Positions 37,026 through 48,634 of a DNA stretch of 64,000 nucleotides are shown here, piece after piece (the first letter of the stretch is position 1; each line of letters starts with the position of its first letter). The notes beneath the pieces were generated by a model. It was not told the DNA's origin. It ran no database searches and saw only the letters and a list, made by a program, of their open reading frames with translations. This stretch comes from Cyanophora paradoxa CCMP329 (taxonomy: Eukaryota > Plantae > Glaucophyta), in assembly GCA_004431415.1 (NCBI GenBank), contig QPMI01000623.1, forward strand, positions 62,001-126,000, written 5' to 3'. The position numbers were made by a program, and so were the translations under genes.

Positions 37026-37431
37026 GGTGGGGACTCACTCTGGCCAGGCCAGAACGATCCTCGAAGGAATGGTTCACGTGATGGCAGCCACGCGCAGCAG
37101 AAGCCCAAACAAGGTCGGGGCGCGTTCGCGTCCGGTCTTGATGGCGATCAACAGGCAAAAGGTCGCGCTGCGGGAGCCGCCTTGGGATGTGAGGCGCCTT
37201 GGTAGCACCCCGCGGCAAGCGCGAAGCGCGCACGGCCCGGCGGGCCCGGATGCGCTTGATCGAAGGTTTGGCTCGACTTTCACTGGGTACTAGAATGTCG
37301 GGACCACCTGGGTACAGTCAGACAGCCATTCGAATCGTGGTAGCTCGCGCACCGCCATGCTGCACGGGGTGGTCCCGTTCCGGTTTGGCCGTCCAGCCGG
37401 GACGCAGGACGTGCCAAGACTTCCGCCGGAG

Positions 37432-39556
37432 ATGAGCAACGGGGACCTCGCGTTTGCGCATCGGTACTGCTCGCAGGCCAGTCTCCGCAAGCTCGCAGGC
37501 CAGTCGCCGACCAAGGATGCGCAGGCTTGATTCTCAGTTCCACGAGCTTCTGCAGGAGACGGAGGAGCGCTACACGCGCCTTCCGAAGCACCTGCGCATC
37601 CGGGTCGAACAGTGGGCGCAGAAGGTGCTACGGAATTGCAAACGTCTGCATGCACCTGAAACTGAACGTGCCTGCGGCGCAGCTCGCGGAGCCTTGCGAA
37701 GTCGTTGCCTGGAAAAAGAGCCGCAATGCTGTGCGTCACGCCCGCCGCCGCCAGATCCTGGATCTGAGCGCGGGCTCAGTACGCGAAGCTGTTGCTGGAG
37801 GCTGTAATTCGCGGGGTGCTTGAAGGTAGGGGCACCCTCCGCGATGCCGGGCCGGCGTGCCGCGCTAAAATGTGAATCGGTCACCGTCCGCAGAGCCATT
37901 CAACTCACTGCCGCCCACGAGCCAGCTACCCCAGGCTCCGTCCCACCTTGTGATCGTGGCCCACCCATTCAGCTCGAGAGGGCCCTGACCGCCTTCCAGC
38001 TCGTGCGGACGCGGCTGTCCGCGGCGGGTAAGGGAGTCAAGGATGGGGCGAGCAACGCGCGGGGGCAGGACACAAGCGTGCGGTCCTCGAAGGCGCGCCC
38101 CCTTGATTCCGAGAGGAGGCGGGCGAGCCTCACGCCTCGCCGCGCAGGAATCACCCAAGGATACGTTCGCGCCCGAGCAGTCGACATCCGGGGGCTCGCC
38201 GCCCCGAGACCGCCAGCGCCAACACTTGTTAAACTCACCGCCGCGGGAAGCGCGGGACGGAACCTGGTTCCCCACCGAGGCGCCACGCTCGCCACTGGGA
38301 GGCTCGGTGCGGGGGTGCGACGCGGGGGCGGGGGGCGCCGTACGCGTTGCGAGGGGGCGGGGCGCAGCGGGCCATGGCGGCGCTGCGAGCGTCTGCGGAG
38401 AGGCGAGAGCAAGAGGCCCGGGGCCTCGCGCAGGAACTCGAGGCGGCCCTCGCGGAGCGCAGCGCCCTGGATCGTAAGCTCGCGGCGGCGGTGGAGGAGG
38501 CCGAGAGGTGGCGCCGCGACTGCGAGCGAGCGCGGGCCGAGCTGGAGGACGCGCGGCGCGAGGACGAGGCGGGGTACCGGGCGTGGGAGCGGCAGGCGGG
38601 GGAGGCGCACGGCCTAGAGGTCGAGCGATACCAGAGGCTGTTGGAGGATGTGACGCGGCGGGCGCACCGCGAGGCCGAGCAGCTGCGGGGCCACTACGAG
38701 ACGAAGCTCGTTGCCCTAGAGGCCGAGCTCGCCGACGCCCGCCGCGCTCTCCGCGGCCCCTCCCCGCCCCCCGTGCCCTCCCCACCCGCCCGCCGGCCTA
38801 GCCTTCCGCGAGCTTCGCTGCAGGCCGTCCGGGAGGAGAGCCTTGCCGCCTCGGCGCCCTCCTCGCCGCTGCGCTCCAGCGCCCCGCCGCTCACCTTCAG
38901 CGCCCCGAGCCCCGACACGGCCCTCGCCTTCCGCGCCCGGCAGTGCGCGCTGCCCCTCCTCTGCCGCCTTCACGTGGACCTGCGCCCCTGACGCGCTGCG
39001 CAGGATGGCTGAGGAGGCGGCGCGGGCGATCCAGGAGCTGTCGTCGCGCCTGGAGGGCTCCCCCGCATCCCCCCCCGCCCCCGCGCAGCCCTCCCGGCGT
39101 CCGAACAACCGCTACAGGGAGGCCCTCCGCGGCTCCGGTGACGCCATTCGCACCTCCGCCTCGTCCTTCGATGTCCCTCCCCCCGCTGCCTCGGCGCCGG
39201 CCTCGCCCCTGCGTGCCCGGGCGCCGCCGGCACCTTTGGCGGCCCCGCCCGCGAGCTACACACCGGCCTCGTCCATCGACGGGGACGAGATCGACCGCCT
39301 CATTCGCCGCGCGCGGGCCCTCAGCACCCGCTCCCAGGCCCCCGTAGCCCTCCCCGCCCCCTCCCCCGCCGCCATCTCGGCTGCCATCACGGCGACTGTG
39401 CTCGGAGAAGCCCCCCAGGGTGGGCGTCCCGCCGCTGCACTCAACCAATCATCCCGCGCCCCGAGCTTCGCCAGCCGCTCCCGCGGCGCCTGGACCCCCA
39501 TCGGCGCCGCCACCCCCTTTGACTCCCCATCCCGCTCGCATCTGAGTCCCGGCTGA
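37432..39556 (+). CDS. DUF4485 (CEP112-like N-terminal domain) coiled-coil protein
   Basis: Spliced LDSQFHELLQETEERYTRLPKHLRIRVEQWAQK|LAEP..WKKSRNA|YAKLLLEAVIRGVLE|EPFNSLPP matches the DUF4485 pattern. A coiled coil follows at 38370-38750. Confidence 0.8.
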
Positions 39557-39665
39557 GCTAGGGGGCCAGTTCGCAACGCGTGCATGCTGCAGCTGTCGAC
39601 CAGTTCAAGGTTGACCTGTAACCATAGTAGCTACAGACAGCGCATCAGATCAATTCGATAGTGAG

Positions 39666-42524
39666 ATGCTGTTTGCGCTCGGGTTACTCCCGGCGCGCCA
39701 TGGGTCAGCGGCCCTTGAGCGAGCGGCCCCTGCGCGGGCTGCGCGGCCTCCTGGCGCCGTCTCGCAGCTCGAGCGTCCCGTTGCGCAACAAAGAAGTTTC
39801 AAGGACTCGCGGTCGTTTGTCCTTGCGCGCAAGCGGAGCGCGTTGAGGCGTCCGCACGCGTTAGCGGGTCAGCTCAAGAGTCGCTGCTTGGTGCAAGCAA
39901 CGTCATCCGTTGATAGAGTCGCGAGCAGCGTGGACCCCGTGCAGAGCGCACTCGTACGCGCGCACTCACCCCGTGCAGAGCGCACTCGGGCTTTGACACT
40001 GAGTGCGCACCGCACAGGACGATATACGGAGGATTCTGGTTGACGCGTCGATATCTGAAGACCAGAAGGAATTGGAAGCACAATCACTTTCGCCACCGGC
40101 CCTTGCGACGTTACTGGGGACTGGTGTAGCCGAGCTAGCCCCTGGCGGAAAGCTCAAACCGACGGGGAATAGAACTCTACGCGCCATGCTCGAGGTCATC
40201 GAACGCCTCGCGACCGCATCTCCCCCGCCCTCCGCAATGGGGCAGAAGTTCAGCCCTCCACCGGCGGATGACCGCGATGCATATGAGGAAACTGGAGCTG
40301 AGCCTTCCGAACCCGAGGGAGTGAATGATACCGATCTCTTCAGTGATCTTGGACGTGCTCGCGCCTTTGTCCTCGCCGCCATCAAGCACTACGGCGGCTC
40401 TGCTAAATCTTTCCCGACGCACCGATTCGTAGAGCATTCCTTCTCACAGGGTGGTGAGCATCTCTCTATTTTGCACATCTGTTTCCTTCTAATGTTCGCA
40501 GACTGGGATCGAGTGGTGAAGGTTCTAAGACAAATTAAGAGTGTGCGAACGAAAGCGAAACGTGGATCGAAGTCAGTCTGAATCGATAACGTTAGCAACT
40601 GCTTCGATCTGACGCAACCGGCAGAGCTACGATTTCGATTACATCCTCCTGCGGGGGCACGCTACTGGGGCTCCTCCGTCGGATCGAGCATCTGTTGTCC
40701 CAGCCGCGAGGTGTCGGTAAAGACATGCTCACGAAGGTCGCCGAACCCAAGACTCCTATTCTAGAGGACGCAGCTTTGTCAGTAGTTCTGCCGCCCTCGG
40801 TGCTCTCTGCAGGGTACGTTGATGTTTTAGATTGGCTACCCCCTGTGCTTGCTGCTTCGCTGTGTTCTGAGATTTCGTATAGCATCTCTGCCGAGGATAT
40901 AGTCTTTGCTAGGGATGCGATTGCGCAAGCTGTAATTGTCTCTGGAGCCGACGCACAAGCTGTTCCTCTTCGAACTGCAGGTGACCACTCATTGATCAAT
41001 GCCAGTGCCATTGCGTCACCTCTTTGACGCTGTAACTGCAGGGCTGAAGCAGCGCGACATCACGAGAATGTCTAGAACCCTCATGAGGTTGAACCTGGTC
41101 GAAAAAAACAAGGAGGTGCAGCATTCAGTTGCTCTTCTACTTTTTTCTATTGCGCTCTCTTGTTGTAATGCTATTCTGGTAGAAGAACGGCATCTTTGTC
41201 TCCCCTCTTCTGGGAGGAACACTTGCAAGGCTTTTGGAGATTCTGGACGGGCTTCTGGACGGAAAGGATTTGCTGCCACGTGATGACCCCGAAGAGGATG
41301 CAGATGAGGATGCAGGTTCTGCAGCTGACGATGAATCCGATGAAGAAGATGAGGAAGAACCGGCCCCCGTGTTGCTGTCGCCAGAGGGTATATGCATTAT
41401 GCCCAATCCTTATGATGAGCTTATGGAAAGAGTGCAGATGAGAAGCATGCAGTCTTCCGCGCACTCGCTTTTATTGAAAGTGCCATGGGTGCTCTTTTAC
41501 TGTCACAGATCCACCTCAAATCATTTAACGTTTAACCACAGGAATCCATGGTCCATCTTCCGCCGTGCTCCCAGAGAAGAAGATGATGCCCGAGAGCTTT
41601 GCAGGTCTTTACGTCACTGCGCACTGTGTTTATTCGCTGCCTCACATATTTACAGCCATGTACGATAACAATGTGGATTTCTTGAGCAGTGTCGGTATGG
41701 TCGACTGGGGCGACGACGTCATCGAAATCTCTCCAGAGCTAGGGAACCTGGGGGCAGTAGCAGAGACCCTGGAGCGCCTCATCAACATCATGGAAGGCGA
41801 GGACGCGGCAGCAGAATCTGCGGCTTTACCAGTGGATGCAAGGAGGCCGTCTGCAGAAGGGGAGGCACAGGAGGAGGAGCAGGAGGAGGAGGCGCAGGAG
41901 GAGGAGCAGGAGGGGGAGGCCGAGCCAATGGTCGACAAGGAAGATGTCCGGAAAACCATCAGGGTGCCTTTTCAACCTGTCTTTCGTTGTTTCAAGTAGC
42001 TCAAGTTTGTGCAAGATCGTGGAAGGGGCGATAAAGAGGGCGGGTGCAGACTGTCCCAGCTTTCCCGCGAGCTGGCACAAGCGCAAGTCGAAGAACTACG
42101 AAAGCGCAACACAGAATCTCATCGGTTCTTTGTGTTTTGTATTCTGCAAGGAGTTTTCTGAAGCTTGCATTGCACTCAGAATGGGGGCTCATAGAAGCTG
42201 GGCCTGGTGGATCCTTTGAGATTCTGCAGGTGTCCAACCTTAGCGAGCTGCTTCAGGTCGCCGTGTCTTTCTTATCTGGAAGGTCGGAACTCCGCTGACT
42301 CGGCGCAGGTCCTCCGTGAGTTAGAGAGCACACTGGAAGAACCAGAGAAGGTGGAGGATGGGAAACAGCTAGCTGACGTTATGCGTCACGCCAAAATGCA
42401 CGTTGGAGGGTACAGAAGCACTGAGGAGGAGATTGAGGAGCTCAGGCGCGTGTTGGAGCATGCAACAGCTCGGTTGGCTGAGCTCGAAGGCAAACCAAGC
42501 AGGAATGGCCGCCGCCCAGAGTGA
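39666..42524 (+). CDS. Unknown protein with about 5 internal repeats and acidic linkers; possible plastid transit peptide
   Basis: Can be spliced in frame through short introns. N-terminus MLFALG..RCLVQA. Recurrent L..G(L/V/M)(V/I/A)(E/D)..(G/N)TL..(L/M)L..(I/L)(E/D).L motif. GC content is much lower than neighbouring genes. Confidence 0.6.
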
Positions 42525-42709
42525 CGCTTTTTTTCGTCAGCAATGGGGTTCCTTTAAATTGTACCCCAGCAGTTTTCAAAGAATATGAAGACAACGAGTC
42601 TGAGGTGAACGGCCTCAGCCGCACTCGGTGGGGCGACAAGTAAAACAGTAAACAAAGCGCACGGATCTTGCCTGAGAGATGGTCAAGCGCATAAGCTCAT
42701 GGAGCTAAA

Positions 42710-42890
42710 AAATACGATTACGATCAGATCCAAACAGAAGAATTACGATCGATCTAGACTGAAACCTCAGATCCAAACCTCATAACCATTGCGATTGCGA
42801 TTACGATTAGGGCGTCCTTGATCTGCGATTACGATCGTAATTAGGACGTCCTAGCTTTGATCTGCGATTACGATTAGCTAGGGCGTCCCT
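42710..42890. repeat. Degenerate short repeat cluster (CGATTACGAT; GCGATTACGATTAG..GGCGTCC)
   Basis: GATTACGAT occurs 5 times and GATCTGCGATTACGAT twice. Confidence 0.7.
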
Positions 42891-43444
42891 GCAGGGGGGC
42901 CACTCTCCTTACGGGGGCCACGCAGGGCCCGGCTGGCCGAGCGTGAGCTCGGCCGCGATGCATATGGGCTGGGCCCGGGGCCCGCGGCCGCGGCGGCCGC
43001 AGTGTACATTCCCACACTTGTAGCCCGGACCTGCGTTTTTGTACGTGTACATGTCCAAATGCGTATAGTACTCAGTGACTTTTCCGGAAAAGATTCGAAT
43101 CTGGGGATCCTGCCAATCGGGGTGAAGATTGTTGACTTGATGCATATGGGAGCACGCTCATCTCCGGACCCGGGAGCACCGCGCCGACATGATGATAGGG
43201 TTGGGCTTACTAGTACTCCGGTAATACCCCGTCCGGGCCGAGTAAGGGTAAAGTACTGAAAGTTGCAAGGGGGGGTACCCCCTCCCTTGCTCCCCTGGTG
43301 AGTTGGTGCGGCGTACTTTCTGTGTTAGCAATTTTTGTAAGATGAGATTCTTTGCATGCGCTCTCGTATAGGTGTGATCGCATCCTAGCCGCTGCGAGCG
43401 GCGGAAAAAAATGCAGGGGCGGGGCTGCGCAAACATGTCGAGGT

Positions 43445-44912
43445 CGCGCCTCACCTGCTATCGCTATCTGCACCAAACCACGTGCGCCTGAATGCTCTCA
43501 ATGCGCTCTACAAACTCTGTCATACATGTCCGGGCTCGAGAAGTGGCGCGTGGCGCGCTAGGCCGCCTCAAGTACCTGTTGTACCAGGCGCCGGAAAAAA
43601 GTGCTCCTGCGAGTTTGGCGCCGAAATCGTGTTGCAGTACCCAGCAGACTTCGTTCGCGCGCTGGTACGGCGCTTACATCTGCAGCTGGGCGGAGGCGTG
43701 GCGCCGACCGAATGCAACTGGCAACACCATGCTCTGACCGTGGCGAAGTTCTGCTCTGCTCGACACCATGCGGACACAGCCGGGGCAGATTTGTGGGTTG
43801 CGGAGCCTCGGAGAGCACCTACAGCTGCTGAACAACCTGTACAAGCACGTTCGTCTGCGCCGGTAGTAGGCGCCCGCGACGCCGCCTTCCGGTGCGCATG
43901 CGCGCGCGCCGCGGCCGCTTGGCCGACCGTCGGCGCCCTGCGCCCGCCGACCGCAGATCCGAGCTTCAGCAGCAGCAGCCCTGACGCGTGGGTCTGGCCT
44001 CTAGCTATAGCAGCAGCCGCCTCGCGTGCTAGGCGCTAACGCGCGGGCACGTCGTACGCGTGTTCGGCCGCGGAGTGCTCCTGCATCTGCCGTATTGGTC
44101 TGCATCGGCCCGCGCCAAGCCGCCCTCGCGCACCGATGCCGGCGCCATGTAGCCGGCGGCAGGCTCGAGAGACAAGCGGCGGCGCGGCCGCGGCTCGACG
44201 GGCGCGGCGGGAGCGCGGCGGGCGGGGGCGCGGCTCGCCGGTCAAGCATGTGCATGCGCAGGCTATGCGCAGGGCCCGGCGCCTCCTGCCGCCGCTCCGC
44301 CCGCTTCCTCGCCCGCCGCCCCGCCCGCTGCCTCAGCTTCGTCGACTCCAGGTTCGTCCCGCCGCTGCTGCTACGCACCTGACCCGGCCGATCCCGCCGG
44401 GCCCCGCCCCCGCACAGCCGCTGTCGGGGGCGAGCTGACGCCTCAGCTCTGCGCATGCGCAGGCTATGCGCAGGGCCCGGCGCCACCTGACGCTCCGCTC
44501 GCTTCCTCGCCCGCCGCCCCGCCCGCTGCCTCAGCTTCGTCGACTCCAGGTTCGTCCCGCCGCTGCTGCTACGCACCTGAACCGGCCGATCCCGCCGGGC
44601 CCCGCCCCCGCACAGCCGCTGTCGGGGGAGAGCTGACGCCTCGCGATCGGCCCTTCGCAGGCTATATATGCGGAGGGCACGGCGCCACCTGCCGCTCCTA
44701 GCTCCCGTGCCCCTCCCCGGGCCCGCCGCCGCCTCGCCGCCGCCTCCCTCCCCACCCCACCCGCCCACCTCGGCACCCCGCCTGCCGCTGCCTGCCTTCC
44801 CCCCCCCCCCCCCCCCCCGAAGTGCCCTGCAATGAGTCAAGTACCCCCCCTTGCACCTCCGCGCGCGGCCCGCACTTGAAGCACTTGCACAGGGCCGGGC
44901 GCGGTCTGCTAG
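43445..44912 (+). mobile_element. Non-autonomous Helitron/Helentron-like element, copy B
   Basis: Reverse-complement homology to copy A (for example 43550-43610 vs 23925-23985). It holds about 3 units of the repeat (198-bp period, 44341 vs 44539) and ends CTAG|T at 44909-44913. Confidence 0.55.
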
Positions 44913-44950
44913 TATTACCCCGAGTATTACTGAGGAAACCCCTCTCCTCC

Positions 44951-44984
<34 letters not shown>

Positions 44985-45361
44985 CCCGGCGAGCTCGAGC
45001 TAAGGCGGAGGCATGTCCTGCGACGTGAGCCAGCGCAGCCCGGCTGGAAAGCTTCTGAATCGATAGCTGAGCAACGCTATATGCGCCAAACTGCGCTCCC
45101 CGCGCTGCTAGAGCCTGCCCTGCTAGAGGTTGGACGTGTTTGATTGCGATTGCGATCTGGGGTTGGACGGAATCTAGCCGCGTTTCCTGCACGAAAAGAT
45201 TCGAATCTGGGGATCCTGCCAATCGGGGTGAAGAGTGTTGACTTGATGGGAGCACTCTCATCTCCGGAGCACCGACATGATGTCACTGATAATGATGATG
45301 AGAGTGCTCCGGAACAGAGCTGGGCGCGCTGCACTACATCATGTGTCTACACTGAACGCTT

Positions 45362-46193
45362 CTAGCCGCGTTTCCTGCACGAAAATATGCGGATCTGGGG
45401 GTCCTGCCAGTCTGGATGAAGCTTGCCGGGTGGAACCTGTTCCACCGTAAAGTGCTGACATTCACTTTAGTTCTTCTACCAGGCTGGCATGGCATTAGGA
45501 TCGGGACCATCACAAACCTGCATCAGCATCTTGTAGAAGTTCAGTTCTTCTGCTTTTCGAAGCTCGTGCGAGATAAGGACGGTTGACGTCGCGGTTGTAA
45601 GATCCAAAAGACTCTTCACAAGAAGTGGATGACTTTCAACTGTGAATCGGTTACTATCCATAAAATGTTTGTGGCACCGCGACACATGCATACCATAGTA
45701 TAGGCAATCTGCAACCAGGACGATGTCGAACGGGGGCTGCAATGCGCTCGCGTCTGAGCCCCACTCGAAACTCAAAATTTGTACTCGGTCGTCGACGTGG
45801 TTGCGTTGGGTATTCGAAGTCCTGCATTAAACTCGTTAAAACGAGTTTAAACCGAGTTGCAGCGCTTACATTAGAGGTATTAATGGTTTCCGGTCGGTCA
45901 GTACCACCTCCTTTGCACCAAGGACTCTAAGATCCAATGTCTTGGGGCTGGGGCATGCATATGCGTGGGGTCGCGTACGCGAGAGAGAGGCCGCAGATGC
46001 CAGTGCCTGCTCCCAGCTCGATCACTCTAGATTCCCGTAATCTCTCAGCAGAAAATTCCTCATTGGAGTGCGCCAGATACGCGCTTAGCACCAAAGCCGC
46101 ATCCCATGTGGTACCGCCGTGAGCGAGCAGGCCGAGATCCTCCGTCGTTTTGACCTCGAGGCCGTCCCGCAGCGCGAAGACGCGCTCCGCCAT
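45362..46193 (-). CDS. METTL21/family-16 protein-lysine methyltransferase (multi-exon)
   Basis: GGTTWDAALVLSAYL, VIELGAGTGICGL, FEWG, FDIVLVADCLY and a last exon HFTVEQVPPGKLHPDWQDPQIRIFSCRKRG*. Confidence 0.88.
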
Positions 46194-46412
46194 ACGCGAC
46201 GCTGCGCGGCTCGCTCGAGGGCACGAGCGCGGAGGCGACGCGCGCGCGCGCGCACCCGTCACGCGGAGCGCTCGTCGCTTGCGTTTATCCGCAGCTAGTA
46301 TGCCCGTGTTATCAATGTGCAAGCCTTCGTCTTACGAGAGTACCCCCCGCAAGCTTCGTCCCCGGCTGTGAAGTTGAGCAGCCCGGCCGAACCGTTCCTC
46401 GTGCGGGTTACG

Positions 46413-48582
46413 ATGGCCGAGGCACTAGCTTCACGTTCACGTCTCAATCCGTCGACATCGGCCCCGGCCGGGACGCCAGGGTATGTAGGAGTTCGCGCGG
46501 CGTTGCGGGGCGATATGGCCGACCGTAAGCCGTCACTCTGGGAGCGCTGCACCGCGGTTTGCTCGGCGAGCAAGGTTGACCCGGCCTCGGTGCCCGCCGC
46601 GACCCGCAGTCAAGTTCGCAGCTGCTGACCGCCGCCCGACGGCGTCCAGGTTCTCGACAGCGTGGTCTGGGTAGCGGACTTTCAACAACAGGTATCTCTC
46701 TTGCCCTCTCTCTTGTAGCTATCTTGTAAGAGTTTTTGCCAGCTGCGAACAATCGAAGCCAAGAGGTACACGAGTGCGAGCGAATTCGAGCGCGACAGGC
46801 AACATGTCCTCGACTTCTTCCTCCGGGTGCAGCCCCCCGCCGTGCTGCACCCCCCGAGCGCTCTGACCCGTCGTGCAGGAGGCGGGCATCTCCGAGCAGT
46901 GTTCGCCCGGTCCGCCGGACGGCGGCCCTTCGCAGCTAACGCACCGAGCAGCTGGATATATTGTGCGGGAGGTGGCGCGCGTGAGCGAGAGCGTGACGAG
47001 GGGCATCGACGGGGCGAACAAGTCCCGCCTGCAGACTGCCGAGCGCAAGTCGGTCTTCTTGCAGGAGTTCAACCCGCATGTCGCCGTCCAGACCGACTCC
47101 GGTGCGCCCCGCTCCGCCGCCACGGGCATCGTTTCAAACTCGAGCCGCGCCGGGCAGCGGCGGAGCCGGGGGAGGGGGAGCTGCGGGCGCAGGCGAAGCG
47201 CGACCACGAGAAGCTCGTGGAGACGCTGGGGAAGCTGCGCGGCTTCGAGGAGACGGTGCGATGGCGCGCCTCCGGAGCGCGGCGGCGCTGACGCAGGCAC
47301 GACCAGATCCGCTCCCTCGAGGCCTCCGTCCACGAGCTCGAGGCCGTCCGGGAGCGCTACGAGTCCGAGGCGCGTGCCTGCGCCCCCCGCCGGCCGCACA
47401 CGTCGAGCGGGGCGCGCAGATCAAAGCGCTCTCCGACGAGGTCAGCACACTGGGGGCGGAGAACGTCGTCCTCAAGTGCATCGTCAAGCTGAAGGAGGTG
47501 CGCGGCGCTGCACGGCGCGGCGCGGGGGCGGGCAGGGCGGCGCGGGGAGGCGAGCGTGGCGGGGCGGCAGGTGGAGGCGCAGCAGCAGTCGCGGGGGAGC
47601 ATGGCGTCGAACGCGCACGGGGACGACGGGGCGGAGGGGGAGGAGGGCGGGAGCCCGCGGCGCATCGCGACGGCGTCGGCCTTCGCGGAGGCCCTCCAGG
47701 CCGCCGCCAGCGCCCGCACCTCCGCCGCCGCCGCCCCTCTCCCCGTCTGCCCCGCCCCGCCCGGCGCCCCCGCCCGGCGCCGACGCGCTGCAGGGCGAGC
47801 TCGCGTCGGCGCGGCCCTCGGTGATGGACGCGCGCGCCGAGCCCTCTGCCGCCGCGTCAGGCCGGCCCTCGGCGGCGGCGGCTACGGCGGCGGCGGCGCC
47901 CGACGAGGAGGCTCGGCGGCTGGCCCTGCAACGCGGCCTCAAGGTGCTCCGGCCCGGCCCGAGGGCGCGGGGCCGGGGGCGAGCGGGGCGCAGGGGTACA
48001 TGAGCGACGTGTTCTCCCTGAGGAACCCGGCGTCGCCGCCGACGTCGCCGCCGGGGGCCGGCGCGGAGCTCGGCCCCGAGCTCGCCTCCACCCTCGCCGC
48101 CAGCGGCGTCGACCCCGCCTCCTCCGACCTCCTCCAGGACATCGCCCAGTACGAGGTGCGACCGGCGCCTGTCCGCGGGGCGCGCCCCCGCATCCTTGCC
48201 CCCCGCTCTCACTCACGGCCCTCGCGGGGCGGCAGGCGCGCCTGCGCTCGCACATGCACACCGTCGCGCAGGAGCGCCTCAAGGCCCGCCTCAGCGGCCA
48301 GCTCGGTCCGCCGCGCCGCGCCCGCCTTCGGTCCCCCTCCTGCGCGCTGAGGCCGCCCCAGCAGCTGCCGCGGGTAAGCCGCCGCTGGCGCCGGCGCCGC
48401 CGTCGGGGGGCACGTCGGTGGCGTCGACGTCGGGCGCGGAGAGCGGGCGCTCGAGCCGCTCCAGCACGGGCACCGGCCCCTCGCGGGCCCCCGCGCCCCC
48501 GACCCCGGGCTTCACCGTCGCCGTCCCCGTCGCCGTCCCCGTCGCCGTCCCCGGCGCCCGCCGCTCGAGCGGCGCTGCATAG
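46413..48582 (+). CDS. Hypothetical coiled-coil protein (multi-exon)
   Basis: Exons such as DHEKLVETLGKLRGFEET, IRSLEASVHELEAVRERYESE and IKALSDEVSTLGAENVVLKCIVKLKE, flanked by typical introns. Confidence 0.5.
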
Positions 48583-48634
48583 CGCTTTTTTGAAACTGTT
48601 TTGATTAGGGCATTGTACATGGACGTAAGCCCTC

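Noticed and set aside
40561-41590. Apparent stops and frameshifts suggesting a pseudogene in the low-GC gene
   Set aside because: The ones I traced fall inside plausible ~50-70 nt GT-AG introns that restore the frame.
43492-43737. Shared peptide GALGRLKYLLY(Q/R)APEKSAP in both element copies as a conserved protein
   Set aside because: Explained by nucleotide identity of the repeat. The frames diverge on either side and no transposase motif is visible.
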